Positions 38,000 through 49,396 of a stretch of 64,000 nt of DNA are shown here, piece by piece. The notes beneath the pieces are model-generated. The model did not search any database, was not told the DNA's origin, and was given only the letters and a program-made list of their open reading frames with translations. A program made the translations under genes and the position numbers. Numbering within the stretch: position 1 is the first letter of the stretch; every line of letters begins with the position of its first letter. Origin of the DNA: Gammaproteobacteria bacterium (lineage in GTDB: Bacteria; Pseudomonadota; Gammaproteobacteria; Eutrophobiales; Eutrophobiaceae); contig JANQNX010000010.1 in assembly GCA_028279365.1 (NCBI GenBank), positions 20,206 to 84,205 of the forward strand, read 5' to 3'.

Positions 38000-40102
38000 T
38001 TAATCCGCCTGATTCGATCCCACTGTATTCACAATTCTGATTTCCTTATGTTCCGGTACTTCACTGAATGCCAGAATATGCAGGCGCGGTATATTGGTTC
38101 TTACCAGCTTCACCATCAGTTCGCGTAATGAGTCTGCGACTAATAACACTGACGCCTGACCTGCCAGCTCTTGTCGTTCACTGGCTTCTCGCAATGAATG
38201 TACCAACTGCTGTGCAAGACCCGGTTCGATGGCACCGGTGCCTTCACTCATTGACTTTAATGTCTGCTGCAATAACTGTTCCAGTGACATGTCCAATGTG
38301 ATCACCGGCAGGTCTTCTTCATCATTACTGATTCGTTCAACAATCAAACGACCCAGCGCGACCCTGACGGCAGCGGTTAATGCATCGGTTGATTTGGTTA
38401 TCGCTGAATGTTCAATAATGGTTTCGATGATCGTTCGGATATCACGGATGGGAATACTTTCTCTTAACAGGTTTTGCATCACTTTTAAAATCACACTGAT
38501 AGGGATGACATTGGGAATAATATCGTCGATCACTTTAGGCGAATGTTCTTTATAACGTTCGATCAATGACTGCACTTCTTTATGCCCTAATAATTCATAG
38601 GCATGGTCTTGCAGTATCTGACTCATATGTGTCGCAATCACGGTGCTCGGATCAACGACGGTATAACCATAAGTCTGGGCTTGGTCACGTTGGGACACAT
38701 CAATCCAGACCGCTTCCAGGCCGAAGACAGGATCGGTAGATTTATTGCCGGGCAATTCGCCAAACACCTGACCGGGATTGATCGCAAGTTCGGCATCTAC
38801 CTGAACACTGGAACGCGCAATCGTTGCATCCTTAATCACGATTCGATAACTGTTCGGTTCCAGATCGAGGTTATCGCGAATATGCACGGCCGGAAGTAAG
38901 AAACCTAACTCCTGGGTTAATTTTTTTCTCACACCTTTGACTCGTGATAGCAGTTGCCCGCCCTGCCTTCTGTCTACCATGGGAATTAATCGATAGCCGA
39001 CTTCCAGACCTATCTGGTCGATCAGTTCGACATCGTCCCAACTCAGTTCACGATCTTCCTCAGGCGTTTCAACAGGCGCTTCAATTTGTTGCTCCTGTTC
39101 TGTTTCTTCCTCAACTGGTTGACGATGTTCCATGTAATACCCCAACCAACCAGCACCGATGGCAAGTAATAAAAATGCCACATTGGGCATGCCTGGAATA
39201 ATACCGATCAAACCCAGTACACCGGCAGTCACGTATAAGGTCTTGGGGCTCTGAAATAACTGGAAGATAATTTGCTGCCCCATGTCAGACGCAGTCGATA
39301 CGCGCGTGACCATGATGGCCGCTGCGGTCGATAAGAGTAATGAAGGTATTTGTGCTACTAGGCCATCACCGATAGTTAATAAGGTATAAACTCGTGCGGC
39401 ATCACCCATATCCATACCGTGCTGCATGGAACCAATCGCAAGACCGCCGAGTATATTAATGAATAGAATCAGGATACCGGCAATCGCGTCACCACGAACA
39501 AACTTACTGGCACCATCCATCGCCCCGTAAAAATCGGACTCCTGTGCTACCTCGGCGCGTCGTGTCTTCGCTTCTTCCTGATCGATTAGCCCGGCATTTA
39601 AATCGGCATCGATCGCCATTTGTTTTCCGGGCATGGCATCCAAAGTAAAACGTGCAGTCACTTCAGAGATACGTCCGGCACCTTTGGTGACGACCACGAA
39701 GTTAATCACGACAAGAATAGTGAACACCACAAATCCGACGGTGTAGTTACCACCTACGACAAAGTCGCCAAAGGACTCAATCACTTTTCCTGCCGCATCG
39801 GGACCAGAATGTCCATGCAATAACACCACACGGGTTGACGCCACATTAAGACTTAAGCGCAACAGGGTTGCGATCAATAACACGGTAGGAAATACGGCAA
39901 ACTCCAATGGACGTTTGCTGTAGATGACAGCAAGTAAAACGACCAGTGATAGTGCAATATTAAAGGTAAAGGTCACATCCAGCACAAACGGTGCAAGTGG
40001 AATCACCATCATGGCTAGTATTGCCATTAACAATAACGGTGCACCCAGACCCATCCGGTTAATACCAGAGAGACTTAATGGAGCAGCTTGCGCCATTGCC
40101 AT
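38000..40102 (-). CDS. flhA: Flagellar export apparatus protein FlhA
   Basis: 700 aa. FHIPxxFxxGxxA-type N-terminal TM domain and a conserved cytoplasmic domain. Confidence 0.95.
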   Translation of the reverse strand: MAMAQAAPLSLSGINRMGLGAPLLLMAILAMMVIPLAPFVLDVTFTFNIALSLVVLLAVIYSKRPLEFAVFPTVLLIATLLRLSLNVASTRVVLLHGHSGPDAAGKVIESFGDFVVGGNYTVGFVVFTILVVINFVVVTKGAGRISEVTARFTLDAMPGKQMAIDADLNAGLIDQEEAKTRRAEVAQESDFYGAMDGASKFVRGDAIAGILILFINILGGLAIGSMQHGMDMGDAARVYTLLTIGDGLVAQIPSLLLSTAAAIMVTRVSTASDMGQQIIFQLFQSPKTLYVTAGVLGLIGIIPGMPNVAFLLLAIGAGWLGYYMEHRQPVEEETEQEQQIEAPVETPEEDRELSWDDVELIDQIGLEVGYRLIPMVDRRQGGQLLSRVKGVRKKLTQELGFLLPAVHIRDNLDLEPNSYRIVIKDATIARSSVQVDAELAINPGQVFGELPGNKSTDPVFGLEAVWIDVSQRDQAQTYGYTVVDPSTVIATHMSQILQDHAYELLGHKEVQSLIERYKEHSPKVIDDIIPNVIPISVILKVMQNLLRESIPIRDIRTIIETIIEHSAITKSTDALTAAVRVALGRLIVERISNDEEDLPVITLDMSLEQLLQQTLKSMSEGTGAIEPGLAQQLVHSLREASERQELAGQASVLLVADSLRELMVKLVRTNIPRLHILAFSEVPEHKEIRIVNTVGSNQAD

Positions 40103-40129
40103 CAGACTCTGCCTCGTTCAGTTGAACAC

Positions 40130-41254
40130 TTAATCATGTTTTAACTCTTCCGGAATCGGCAACTCATCAGGTGGACGCTGTGCATTCCTGACGTTATCCC
40201 GCAGTTGAAAGATATAGGCCAATACCTGAGCCACGGCCAGATACAGGCCGGCAGGGATATCCTGATCGACTTTGGTGTTGTAATAAATGGAACGTGCCAG
40301 CATAGGTGCTGGAAAGATCATGACGTCGTTTTCTTTAGCTACCGCCTTGATTCGTTCCGCGACTAAATCAGCGCCTTTCGCGACCAGCTTCGGCGCCGAC
40401 ATTTCATCCGGTTTATAACTGAGTGCAACAGCATAATGCGTCGGGTTGGTAATAATCACGTCGGCATCGGGCACGGCTTCCATCATACGACCGTTAGCGA
40501 GTTCCTGTTGCAAGGCACGAAGTTGCGCTTTCACTTCAGGCTTGCCTTCAGTGTCCTTCATCTCATCTTTAACCTGTTGACGCGTCATTTTTAATTGACG
40601 ACTGTGCTCCCATATCTGGAACGGCACATCTACCAGGGCAATGATCATGGTGCCAAGGCAAACCACCATAAAGCTGGTAATAATAATGTCCGAGGCATGG
40701 GCAAGTCCGGGCATTAACCCACCTGCTCCTACACCCAGTAGCTCAACCAGGTTGTACCAGAGAAACACGATTGCAATACCGGTAATCAACACAAACTTGG
40801 CCAGGGCTTTCACTAACTCCATTACTGTCTTGACGCCAAACAAACGTTTCAATCCACTTATTGGGTTTAACTTATCCGGTTTTGGCGCTAATGCTTCCGC
40901 GCTGAACATCCAGCCACCGACTAACAGCGGAGCAAAAAAGGCAACAGCAAACAGGATGGCTAAAAAAGGCGCAAAACTGATCAGGATATCCTTGCCTGAC
41001 ATTAACAGGGCATTGATTAAAAAATACTGGTCAAAGACGTGTTGCCTGCTGATTGAGAAATTATTGATCATTAAGTTCTCAAGCGAAAACGATAATTGTT
41101 GACCCATAAATAAAAAGACAAAGGAGCTGGTCAATAAAATAAACATAGTGGTCAATTCTCTTGAACGTGAGATTTGTCCCTTGTTTCTGGCTTCCTCCTG
41201 GCGTTTCGGGGTCGCCTCTTCTGTGCGTTCCTGACTGGTATCCTGTTCACTCAT
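40130..41254 (-). CDS. flhB: Flagellar export apparatus protein FlhB
   Basis: 374 aa. NPTH autocleavage motif (ITNPTHYAVAL). Confidence 0.95.
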   Translation of the reverse strand: MSEQDTSQERTEEATPKRQEEARNKGQISRSRELTTMFILLTSSFVFLFMGQQLSFSLENLMINNFSISRQHVFDQYFLINALLMSGKDILISFAPFLAILFAVAFFAPLLVGGWMFSAEALAPKPDKLNPISGLKRLFGVKTVMELVKALAKFVLITGIAIVFLWYNLVELLGVGAGGLMPGLAHASDIIITSFMVVCLGTMIIALVDVPFQIWEHSRQLKMTRQQVKDEMKDTEGKPEVKAQLRALQQELANGRMMEAVPDADVIITNPTHYAVALSYKPDEMSAPKLVAKGADLVAERIKAVAKENDVMIFPAPMLARSIYYNTKVDQDIPAGLYLAVAQVLAYIFQLRDNVRNAQRPPDELPIPEELKHD

Positions 41255-41256
41255 CG

Positions 41257-42036
41257 CTAATTCACCAGTAGTGACATCATGTTAATACCGTTTTCAAACA
41301 GCTGAATCATATGCGGAATAAAGGTATTCAGACTGAAGAAGATAATAAGCACGCCGAGGATAATCATAATAGGAAAACCGACAGCGAAGATATTTAATTG
41401 CGGTGCAGAGCGGGTCATGACACCAAAAGAAAGATTAACGATTAATAACGACACAATCGCCGGTAAGGCAATCATTACTGCAAAACCGATAATCTCACCG
41501 GTCCAGATAATGAACTGCCAGACACCCTCCTGAGTAATGCCATCGGTACCAATCGGTAAGCTGATAAAACTTTCAGCCAACACTTTTATTACCATCAAGT
41601 GACCATCGATGGCGAGAAACAACAAGGTAGCAAGTAACAAATAAAACTGACCTATGACCGGGACCTGATTGCCGTTCAACGGATCGACCATGGATGCCAG
41701 CATCAAGCCCATCAATTGACCAATCGCCTGTCCAGCGACTTCCAATGCGACAAATATTACTCTGACAGACAAGCCCATCGCGATACCAATCATTACCTGT
41801 TGCATTGATACAAGTACACCTGCAGCTGATAAGGGATCGATATCAGGCACAAACGAAATGCTTGGAAAAACAACAACGGTAATCACGACTGCCATCATTA
41901 ATCGCGCGCGCATCGGCACCGAACGAGTACCAATAATCGGTGCTGTCATCAACAAGCCAGCAATGCGAAAAAAAGGCCAGATCCATGCCTGAACCATCTG
42001 GATAACTTCGCTTGTTGTCACCGTTAACATCGTCAA
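41257..42036 (-). CDS. fliR: Flagellar export apparatus protein FliR
   Basis: 259 aa polytopic membrane protein in the conserved fliPQR-flhB order. Confidence 0.9.
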   Translation of the reverse strand: MTMLTVTTSEVIQMVQAWIWPFFRIAGLLMTAPIIGTRSVPMRARLMMAVVITVVVFPSISFVPDIDPLSAAGVLVSMQQVMIGIAMGLSVRVIFVALEVAGQAIGQLMGLMLASMVDPLNGNQVPVIGQFYLLLATLLFLAIDGHLMVIKVLAESFISLPIGTDGITQEGVWQFIIWTGEIIGFAVMIALPAIVSLLIVNLSFGVMTRSAPQLNIFAVGFPIMIILGVLIIFFSLNTFIPHMIQLFENGINMMSLLVN

Positions 42037-42039
42037 TAC

Positions 42040-42309
42040 CTAACCAAGTAAAGAAGGAATATTCTGAAATAGCCGCAGCGTGTACTCAGTAATCATCTGC
42101 AACATCCACGGTCCGGCCAGTACCATCACAAACAAGGTCACTAATAACTTGGGAATAAAACTCAAGGTCATTTCATTAATCTGCGTGGCTGCCTGAAACA
42201 TACTGATCAAGACGCCAACGATAAGTGCCGGGACTAACAGAATCAGTAATAACACGGTCAGGTAGAACAGGGATTCCTGACCAATTTGAATAATAGTTTC
42301 CGGCGTCAT
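42040..42309 (-). CDS. fliQ: Flagellar export apparatus protein FliQ
   Basis: 89 aa, two TM helices. Confidence 0.9.
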   Translation of the reverse strand: MTPETIIQIGQESLFYLTVLLLILLVPALIVGVLISMFQAATQINEMTLSFIPKLLVTLFVMVLAGPWMLQMITEYTLRLFQNIPSLLG

Positions 42310-42321
42310 ACTCTGCTTCAG

Positions 42322-43065
42322 CTATGCAAAAAAGAAACTACCCGCCAGGGTACCCATGATTAATGCCCAACCATCAACCAACACAAACAACATCAATTTA
42401 AACGGGAAAGAAATGATTAATGGTGACAGCATCATCATACCCATCGACATCAGCACGCTGGCGACAACCAGATCGATAATCAAGAAAGGGATAAAGATAA
42501 GAAAACCGATTTGAAATGCGGTTTTCAATTCACTGGTGACGAATGCCGGCACAATAAGACTGAAAGGAATATCGGCTTCTGTTGCAATATCGGTGTTACC
42601 TGATATCGATGCAAATAATTCAATATCAGTTTCACGTGTTTGTGCGAGCATGAATTCCCTGACCGGGATGACGGCATTGCTCAATGCCTCATCTGCCGAC
42701 ATCTGTTCATCGAGGTAAGGCTGGACCGCGGACTGATAAACCCGATCAATCACGGGCGTCATAATAAAAAAGCTGAGAAATAAGGCGAGGCCGATCAATA
42801 TCTGACTGCTTGGCGTTTGCGCCGTACCCAGAGCCTGCCTGAGGATGGCTAGCACAATAATAATGCGTGTGAATGAGGTCATCATCAATACCGCAGCCGG
42901 TATCATGGTCAAGGCCGTCATTAACAAAAAGATCTTCAGACTCAGGGTATAAGTCTGTCCACCGTCCTGATTATCGATAACGGTGAGAAAGTCCAGGCCA
43001 GGCTGGGCCATTGCAATCCCGGGCACCAGCAGCAATAACAAAGATAAAAGATATTTATGCTTCAT
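42322..43065 (-). CDS. fliP: Flagellar export apparatus protein FliP
   Basis: 247 aa with signal peptide. Conserved FliP core (…[17 protein letters not shown]…[14 protein letters not shown]). Confidence 0.9.
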   Translation of the reverse strand: MKHKYLLSLLLLLVPGIAMAQPGLDFLTVIDNQDGGQTYTLSLKIFLLMTALTMIPAAVLMMTSFTRIIIVLAILRQALGTAQTPSSQILIGLALFLSFFIMTPVIDRVYQSAVQPYLDEQMSADEALSNAVIPVREFMLAQTRETDIELFASISGNTDIATEADIPFSLIVPAFVTSELKTAFQIGFLIFIPFLIIDLVVASVLMSMGMMMLSPLIISFPFKLMLFVLVDGWALIMGTLAGSFFFA

Positions 43066-43516
43066 GATTTAATGGCTTGTTTGCAGCAGCAATGGAATCA
43101 TTTTCGGACGGGCTTGCAGCTGTCGCCCGAAACTGCTCGATAGATGAGTCTATTGAATTATCGTTGTCCGCATAGATGGTATCCAGCTTGGTGATACTTC
43201 CCGGCGTAATCGCCAACAACAGACGCTTGCCTTGCAAGTCGACCAGCATCAATCTTTCCTTATGACTGATGTGCAGACCATCGATGACTTTCAATTGCCC
43301 TCGTGCCGCCATTGGTCCATTACCGTAACGCTTAAACAAGTAACTGCTGAGCAGGAATAATGCGATGACAAAAGCAAGACCAATGATCACTTTAAGATAG
43401 GCGGTCATTGAAACCGGGTTGGAAGCAGTAAAGGGTTCTGCTGCCAGAACATCTTGCGCCAGGAAAAAAATCAGGCTCGCAATTAGCACACGTATTATAT
43501 TCACAAACTGAGTCAT
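43055..43516 (-). CDS. fliO: Flagellar protein FliO
   Basis: 153 aa, single TM. Positioned between fliN and fliP. Confidence 0.7.
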   Translation of the reverse strand: MTQFVNIIRVLIASLIFFLAQDVLAAEPFTASNPVSMTAYLKVIIGLAFVIALFLLSSYLFKRYGNGPMAARGQLKVIDGLHISHKERLMLVDLQGKRLLLAITPGSITKLDTIYADNDNSIDSSIEQFRATAASPSENDSIAAANKPLNHEA

Positions 43517-43518
43517 AA

Positions 43519-43941
43519 TTATTGTAACTTCTTGACTCTGTCGTGCGTGCTAATAATGTCTGTTAGCCTGATACCGTATTTTTCATTAACCACGACAACT
43601 TCACCATGGGCAACCAATGTATTATTCACCAGCACATCCAGTGGTTCCCCGGCGAGTCGTTCCAGTTCGACGACCGAACCCTGGTTTAACTGCAGTAAAT
43701 TCTTGATACTGATTTTGGTTTGACCGATACGAACCGATAGCGATACCGGAATATCCAGTATGGCCTCCAGGTTGGCATTGCCAGTCGAGGCATTGTCGTC
43801 AGCTTGTAAATTATTTAGTGGTGCCTGTTCAATATTATCCTGCCCATCATTAGCGCCTGCTTCTGCCTCGGCCTGCTCGGACATCGCTGCCGCCCATTCA
43901 TCATTAACCTCTTCACCGGCGCTAGTTGTTTCTTCAGTCAT
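43519..43941 (-). CDS. fliN: Flagellar motor switch protein FliN
   Basis: 140 aa. C-terminal SpoA domain (ILDIPVSLSVRIGQTKISIKNLLQL…GSVVELERLAGEPLDVLVNNTLVAHGEVVVV). Confidence 0.9.
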   Translation of the reverse strand: MTEETTSAGEEVNDEWAAAMSEQAEAEAGANDGQDNIEQAPLNNLQADDNASTGNANLEAILDIPVSLSVRIGQTKISIKNLLQLNQGSVVELERLAGEPLDVLVNNTLVAHGEVVVVNEKYGIRLTDIISTHDRVKKLQ

Positions 43942-44953
43942 TGGTTTGCTCCTGTAAATAATTAATTGAGGCTGGCAACAGATCGTGACGAATCATTTCC
44001 TCTACCTTGATTGCACGATTACCTCGGGATAATCCGTACTGCCCTCTAAACACCGGTACACCATCAACATCAGCTGTCACGCTTTCTGGAAAATCAATCG
44101 GGATCACATCACCGGTCTTTAATTCGTTTAATTCTCTTAAGGAAATGCTGGTTTCAGTCAGGGTGCTGGAGATTTCCACCGGTGCTTTTTTAATCTCTTC
44201 ACGCAGTGAATTAATCCAACGCTGATCATAATCAGACGAATCGCTTTGCACGCCTGCATCAAGCTGCTCGCGTAATGGTTCAATCATTGAATACGGTAAA
44301 GTCAGGTGCAGATCTCCACCACCATTATCCAACTCAACATGAATGGTTGAGACGACCACGACCTCGCTGGGCGTCACAATATTGGCAAATTGCGGATTCA
44401 CCTCTGAACCACTATGCTCAAATTCCACTTCCAGCACCGGCTGCCAGGCCTCTTTCAAATCATCGAAGATTTTCATCAACACATTTTTGACAACCTGCAT
44501 CTCTGTCGTCGTAAAGTCGCGTCCTTCAATCTTGGTATGAAAACGCCCATCGCCACCAAAGAACGTATCCACAATTGAGTAAACCAGTTTCGGATTCATC
44601 ACAAACAAGGCAGTACCGCGCAAGGGTTTAATCTTTACCAGGTTGAGGTTAGAAGGCATAAACAAGCTGTGGATGTACTCACCAAACTTTGTCATCTGCA
44701 CGCCTTCGACCGAAATCGTTGCTGAGCGTCGAAGAAAATTAAATAGCGTCAAACGAAAGTTTCTGGCAAAACGTTCATTGATCATCTCAAGCGTCGGTAA
44801 ACGACCACGAACAATTCTATCCTGGCTGCTGAAGTCGTAGGTCTTGGCCTGGCCATCATCGACCAACTCATCGCCATCAGTATCAACGTCGCCACTATCA
44901 ACACCGGTCAGTAGCGCATCAATTTCATCTTGAGAGAGAATGTCTTCAGCCAT
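43934..44953 (-). CDS. fliM: Flagellar motor switch protein FliM
   Basis: 339 aa. N-terminal LSQDEIDALL CheY-binding motif. Confidence 0.9.
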   Translation of the reverse strand: MAEDILSQDEIDALLTGVDSGDVDTDGDELVDDGQAKTYDFSSQDRIVRGRLPTLEMINERFARNFRLTLFNFLRRSATISVEGVQMTKFGEYIHSLFMPSNLNLVKIKPLRGTALFVMNPKLVYSIVDTFFGGDGRFHTKIEGRDFTTTEMQVVKNVLMKIFDDLKEAWQPVLEVEFEHSGSEVNPQFANIVTPSEVVVVSTIHVELDNGGGDLHLTLPYSMIEPLREQLDAGVQSDSSDYDQRWINSLREEIKKAPVEISSTLTETSISLRELNELKTGDVIPIDFPESVTADVDGVPVFRGQYGLSRGNRAIKVEEMIRHDLLPASINYLQEQTND

Positions 44954-44972
44954 AACAGTAACTCACACGCAT

Positions 44973-45485
44973 CTATTGCATGACAAAACTGGTAAAGAAC
45001 ACATCTTCGACACCTTCCTTACCCGTTTCTGCCTCTAGAATTTTCTGAATTTCCTTCAGTACTTCTTTACGTAATCCCTTCTTACCATCCTGCGTACTTA
45101 ATTCATCGTAGGTTTTTGAACTTAACAACAACACAATATTGTTTCTTACCTGCGGAATATGTTTCGTGATGTCTTCTTTGACTTTTGAATCACGTGTTAA
45201 GCCTTCAATACTCACTTGTAGAAAACGGGCGCGACTGGTACCGGAAAAATTCACGACAAAGGGTGGATCAAGTGAGAAGTAATACGCTTCCGTTAACGTT
45301 TCTTCGCCCTCTGCATCGGCAACCGATTCCTCTTCAACCGCCGCATTGGCGTCTTCGTTACCCATTAGAAAAAAAGCGGCACCACCTCCACCACCTAACA
45401 GCACTAATGCTGCTATTGCGATCAGTAAGATCGGCTTTTTCTTTTTTTCCTGGGTGACGTCTTCGTCTTGATCTTCCTCAGCCAT
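44973..45485 (-). CDS. fliL: Flagellar basal-body protein FliL; start re-assigned to ATG at 45485 (preceded by GGAGGA). The ORF-track GTG start at 45530 overlaps the promoter.
   Basis: Acidic N-terminus, then a single TM (ILLIAIAALVLLGGGGGAAFFL), then a FliL periplasmic domain. A sigma-54 promoter occupies 45523-45537. Confidence 0.75.
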   Translation of the reverse strand: MAEEDQDEDVTQEKKKKPILLIAIAALVLLGGGGGAAFFLMGNEDANAAVEEESVADAEGEETLTEAYYFSLDPPFVVNFSGTSRARFLQVSIEGLTRDSKVKEDITKHIPQVRNNIVLLLSSKTYDELSTQDGKKGLRKEVLKEIQKILEAETGKEGVEDVFFTSFVMQ

Positions 45486-45522
45486 TTGTTTCCTCCAGTT
45501 AATCTCATGTCCTATCCATTTA

Positions 45523-45537
45523 GCAAACACTATGCCA
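45523..45537 (-). promoter_or_regulatory. Sigma-54 (RpoN) -24/-12 promoter upstream of fliL
   Basis: Minus strand reads TGGCAT-AGTGT-TTGC (consensus TGGCAC-N5-TTGC), about 38 nt upstream of the fliL ATG. Confidence 0.6.
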
Positions 45538-45679
45538 TGGATATTTTCCTTTTATTTCAATCACTTAAATTAAGTGATCATAAACACGTCAATGAATTGA
45601 CAGAGGAGTTTTCAGGCCTTAATAAAGCTGCAAAAACAAGTAACGAAGTAGAGAGGAGTCGCGCGATTAAGCGCGATAA

Positions 45680-46816
45680 TTAGACGTATTGATCAACCAG
45701 ACCCAGTTCAACTGTGCGCGTTGGTTGTTCTGATGTGTCATCGACAACATAGTCGCTGGTCATGTCCTGATTTGAATCAGTTTGACTGGCATGTTGTTGA
45801 TAATGTCCTTGTTGAGGTGACTGTTGTGAGACATTGGCTTCGCTAAGGTTGAGTCCATTTTGCGAGAACATTTCCTTTAATCTGGGAAAGGCTTCCTCGA
45901 TGGCATCTCGAACCGTTACATGATTGGACATAAAATGCACACTGGCCTGTTCTTTGGAGAGGTTCACCCTCACTTCTATCGGTCCCAACTCTGGCGGGTT
46001 CAACATGATTTGTGCTGATTGTACTTTGTCATTGACCATCATCATTAAACGTTCACCCACAGCCTGACCCCAACCGGCTTTGTTCAGAGGCACATCGACT
46101 TGAGGCAATGTTACAACACTGTCAGTTTTCGTCATGGCTGGTGTTGCCTGGTTGACCAGACTCAGGTTCGGTGATGTTTTATCCGAATTTAATAATGTAT
46201 CAGGGGTTTGCTGCGTAGTTACATCAACCAGATTAGCATTGATGGTTTGATTCAATTCAACCTCGGACAATTTTTGTTTAGGCACCAGCAACTGTGAAAG
46301 CAATTCGCTGTTGGATAATTTATTTAAGCTTTCATCGGCCAGCGTTTCTTTTGTTAATGCTACTTGTGCAGCGTTGGTTTCAGAAGTACCAGTTTTTAGA
46401 CTATTGTCAGCCAGATTTAAAACATTGATCAATAAATTATCATCAGACTGGTTGTCATCATCAGTAACGAGATCTGTCTGCAATGGATTAAGTACTTCAG
46501 TCTGGGGGCCCAGATCAGACATAGAGTATAATGTTGGCCTAAGCAATGTATCAGGTAAAGCGGGTTCCCCAGACAGTGGCAGTAATGTCAGCGATTCCTG
46601 ATCTAGCGCTAGCTCTGTATCCAGATTACTTGAATCAGATGATAACGGCAGCTTATTGCCGCCTGTTCCGGTCGTAACCGGCAATACTGACATCAACTGG
46701 GTCAGAAAATCAGTCGCGCTATTGGTCTCTGCAGTCACTGCGTCAAAACCACCTAACTCATTGTTTCCTAATGAGTTATTTTGCAGCGGTGATGTAATTG
46801 TAATTAACGGGTTCAC
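45680..46816 (-). CDS. fliK: Flagellar hook-length control protein FliK
   Basis: 378 aa. Low-complexity S/T/L/N/D-rich N-terminal region. Conserved C-terminal FliK domain (…VNDKVQSAQIMLNPPELGPIEVRV…). Confidence 0.7.
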   Translation of the reverse strand: MNPLITITSPLQNNSLGNNELGGFDAVTAETNSATDFLTQLMSVLPVTTGTGGNKLPLSSDSSNLDTELALDQESLTLLPLSGEPALPDTLLRPTLYSMSDLGPQTEVLNPLQTDLVTDDDNQSDDNLLINVLNLADNSLKTGTSETNAAQVALTKETLADESLNKLSNSELLSQLLVPKQKLSEVELNQTINANLVDVTTQQTPDTLLNSDKTSPNLSLVNQATPAMTKTDSVVTLPQVDVPLNKAGWGQAVGERLMMMVNDKVQSAQIMLNPPELGPIEVRVNLSKEQASVHFMSNHVTVRDAIEEAFPRLKEMFSQNGLNLSEANVSQQSPQQGHYQQHASQTDSNQDMTSDYVVDDTSEQPTRTVELGLVDQYV

Positions 46817-46854
46817 GTTTTATCCATAAAAAGCTGTGTCATTAAAAGGTAAAT

Positions 46855-46870
46855 TGCAATGCCTGTGCCA
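46855..46870 (-). promoter_or_regulatory. Sigma-54 -24/-12 promoter upstream of fliK
   Basis: Minus strand reads TGGCAC-AGGCA-TTGCA, a perfect consensus, about 39 nt upstream of the fliK ATG, in the fliJ-fliK spacer. Confidence 0.65.
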
Positions 46871-46883
46871 ATCATTAGTTATT

Positions 46884-47324
46884 TTAATGATTATTGGAAT
46901 GCCATTGTGTCCCTGATAGTTCATCCAGTTCATGCTGCTGCCTGAGTTCGCTGATACGACGCTCGGCAGAGGCGAAACGTTCGGAGATTGTATCCATCGT
47001 TTCTATATAATGCTTTGCCTGTAACCATTTTTTGCATTCTTGCTCTGTCATCTGTTGTTGCATCGTTAACTGTTTCTTTAACAAGCTAATACCTTCATCC
47101 ATTTGCAAGATAAATGCCTGTCTTTCCTGCACCTGCCTGACATTGACTTTTTTTCCATTCGGCTGCAACAAATCCATATATTCCTGACGATAATTCAGCA
47201 TCAAGTCCAATTTGTCCTTGATTGACTTTAATGCATCCTGGGCATTAGCAAGATGACGCGCGGCTTGCCGTTCTTTATTTCTTGATAGTCCTGCGATTTT
47301 ACTGATTCGTTGGGATCGGGTCAT
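46884..47324 (-). CDS. fliJ: Flagellar export chaperone FliJ
   Basis: 146 aa coiled-coil protein in the conserved position after fliI. Confidence 0.7.
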   Translation of the reverse strand: MTRSQRISKIAGLSRNKERQAARHLANAQDALKSIKDKLDLMLNYRQEYMDLLQPNGKKVNVRQVQERQAFILQMDEGISLLKKQLTMQQQMTEQECKKWLQAKHYIETMDTISERFASAERRISELRQQHELDELSGTQWHSNNH

Positions 47325-48726
47325 TGCTCTGTGTGGTTTCTATCATTTCAGTGGATTGTTGCTGACAAAACTTCACCAGTTCTGCCAACTGTTGTCTGGA
47401 AGAAGCAAAATCAACCTTGTCATTCATACCTTGAACAACAAAATCCTGGAATCGACTACGAAGCTTGATCGCTAAATCAAGTTCAGCATCAGCACCGGGT
47501 TGATAAGCACCGACGCTGATCAAATCCTTGTTCTGCTGATACACCGAATTGAGTTGACGTAACATAAGACTATCTGCCTGATGTGTTTTATCAGTAATAA
47601 TATTCATCACCCGACTAATGCAACGCTCAATATCTATCGCCGGATAGATACCGGCTTCGGCAATATGTTTCGATAGAACAATGTGTCCATCAAGAATGGC
47701 GCGGGCCGAATCAGCAATAGGATCGTTATCAGCATCGACTTCAGTTAACACGGTATAAATGGCGGTAATCGAACCCTGATGCTCAGCGCCATTACCGGCT
47801 CTCTCAACGAGTTGAGGAATACGGGTAAACACCGATGGCGGGAAACCGCGAGTCGCCGGCGGTTCACCAATGGTGAGTGCTATCTCTCGCTGTGCCTGGG
47901 CAAAACGTGTTAATGAATCCATTAACAACAAAACATGTTTACCCTGATCGCGAAAGTACTCGGCAATACTGGTTGCGAGTAATGCACCGTGCAACCTGAT
48001 CAGTGGTGGATCATCGGCCGGACTGGCAACCACAACTGAACGGGCTAAACCTGCCTGACCTAAACTCTGTTCAATAAATTCTTTCACTTCTCTACCACGT
48101 TCACCGATGAGTCCAACCACAATCACATCAGCGGCGGTAAAACGCGCCATCATCCCCAACAGAACACTTTTACCTACGCCACTACTGGCAAACAGGCCCA
48201 TGCGTTGACCACGACCAATGGTAAAAAAAGAGTTAATCGTTCGTATGCCAACATCCAGCGGTTGGGTAATCTTGTCACGCGCTAATGGATTAATCGGCCT
48301 ACCGGTAAGCGGCACTTTTTCTGTGGCTTTAATATTTTGTCCACCGTCTAATGGCTTACCGGCACCATCAATAATTCTTCCTAATAGATCAGGGCCAACC
48401 GCAACATCACCGCCTCTTCCGAGAGGAATAACGCGTGCATCCGGAGACAGACCTTTCGGTAATCCGGTCGGCATCAGGAAAAGATTATCACCGGAAAAAC
48501 CGACAACTTCAGAATCAATATAGGTTTCATTGTCATTCTGTACCCGGCAATAATCACCGATAGCGGCTCGACAGCCAGACGCTTCCAAGGTTAAGCCCAC
48601 CATTCTGGTTAACCTGCCTTGCACGGTTAAGCTGGCAGGGCTTTGACTCGCCAGCGTCAACTTTTGGATTCTTTCCTGCCAGACAGGTTTTCGATTAGCC
48701 GACATCGTCATTCCTTTGCTCGTCAC
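47299..48726 (-). CDS. fliI: Flagellum-specific ATP synthase FliI
   Basis: Walker [12 protein letters not shown], Walker [10 protein letters not shown]. Confidence 0.95.
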   Translation of the reverse strand: MTSKGMTMSANRKPVWQERIQKLTLASQSPASLTVQGRLTRMVGLTLEASGCRAAIGDYCRVQNDNETYIDSEVVGFSGDNLFLMPTGLPKGLSPDARVIPLGRGGDVAVGPDLLGRIIDGAGKPLDGGQNIKATEKVPLTGRPINPLARDKITQPLDVGIRTINSFFTIGRGQRMGLFASSGVGKSVLLGMMARFTAADVIVVGLIGERGREVKEFIEQSLGQAGLARSVVVASPADDPPLIRLHGALLATSIAEYFRDQGKHVLLLMDSLTRFAQAQREIALTIGEPPATRGFPPSVFTRIPQLVERAGNGAEHQGSITAIYTVLTEVDADNDPIADSARAILDGHIVLSKHIAEAGIYPAIDIERCISRVMNIITDKTHQADSLMLRQLNSVYQQNKDLISVGAYQPGADAELDLAIKLRSRFQDFVVQGMNDKVDFASSRQQLAELVKFCQQQSTEMIETTQSNDPIPTNQ

Positions 48727-49363
48727 CTAACAGTTTGACAGCAATGGCCGACAAACGTGATTCAACTGTCGCATCGATAAAGGATGAATCAGTTTCTATT
48801 CGACAATCACCTCGGGTTAACAACAAATCTTCTTGTAGACGCCAGGACTTTTCCTCTTCGCCTATGGATAGTGCGTCCCTGACTAAATGCATGTCTTCGG
48901 GATGCAAATGAATGATGGGGTTTCTCGCCGACAATGGTAAGGCTTTGACTGCCTCGCGAATAACGGCGATGACTTCACCAGGATCGATCTTTATCTCTCG
49001 TCGAACCAATTGCCTGGCGATACACAGACTCAGTTCAGCAATGTTGAGTTCGACTTCATCGTCGAGTTGTTCCAGAGGTGTAGACAATACATGACATATT
49101 GATGTCAGGCTTTGCAGTTTGCTTCGTGTTTCAGCCTCGGCTTTTGCCAGGCCTTCCTTATAACCTTGGCTGTGACCTTCCTTACGTCCCATGTTAAAGC
49201 CTTCATCATAGGCCGCTTTGTGTAAGCTTTGCATTTGATTCAGCGTCGGTGGTTTCATCACGCCATCAAATTCACTGGATATGACGCCTTCGACTAGCGG
49301 TTCCTGCCACTCCATATAATCAGCGGCTTCATTGGCAGGTAAAACACGTTTTGACGAATTCAT
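48695..49363 (-). CDS. fliH: Flagellar assembly protein FliH
   Basis: 222 aa. FliH/YscL-like charged N-terminus. Conserved position between fliG and fliI. Confidence 0.75.
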   Translation of the reverse strand: MNSSKRVLPANEAADYMEWQEPLVEGVISSEFDGVMKPPTLNQMQSLHKAAYDEGFNMGRKEGHSQGYKEGLAKAEAETRSKLQSLTSICHVLSTPLEQLDDEVELNIAELSLCIARQLVRREIKIDPGEVIAVIREAVKALPLSARNPIIHLHPEDMHLVRDALSIGEEEKSWRLQEDLLLTRGDCRIETDSSFIDATVESRLSAIAVKLLGDEQRNDDVG

Positions 49364-49396
49364 GATCAGTAGCTAATAAGTCTTATAGTGATATTG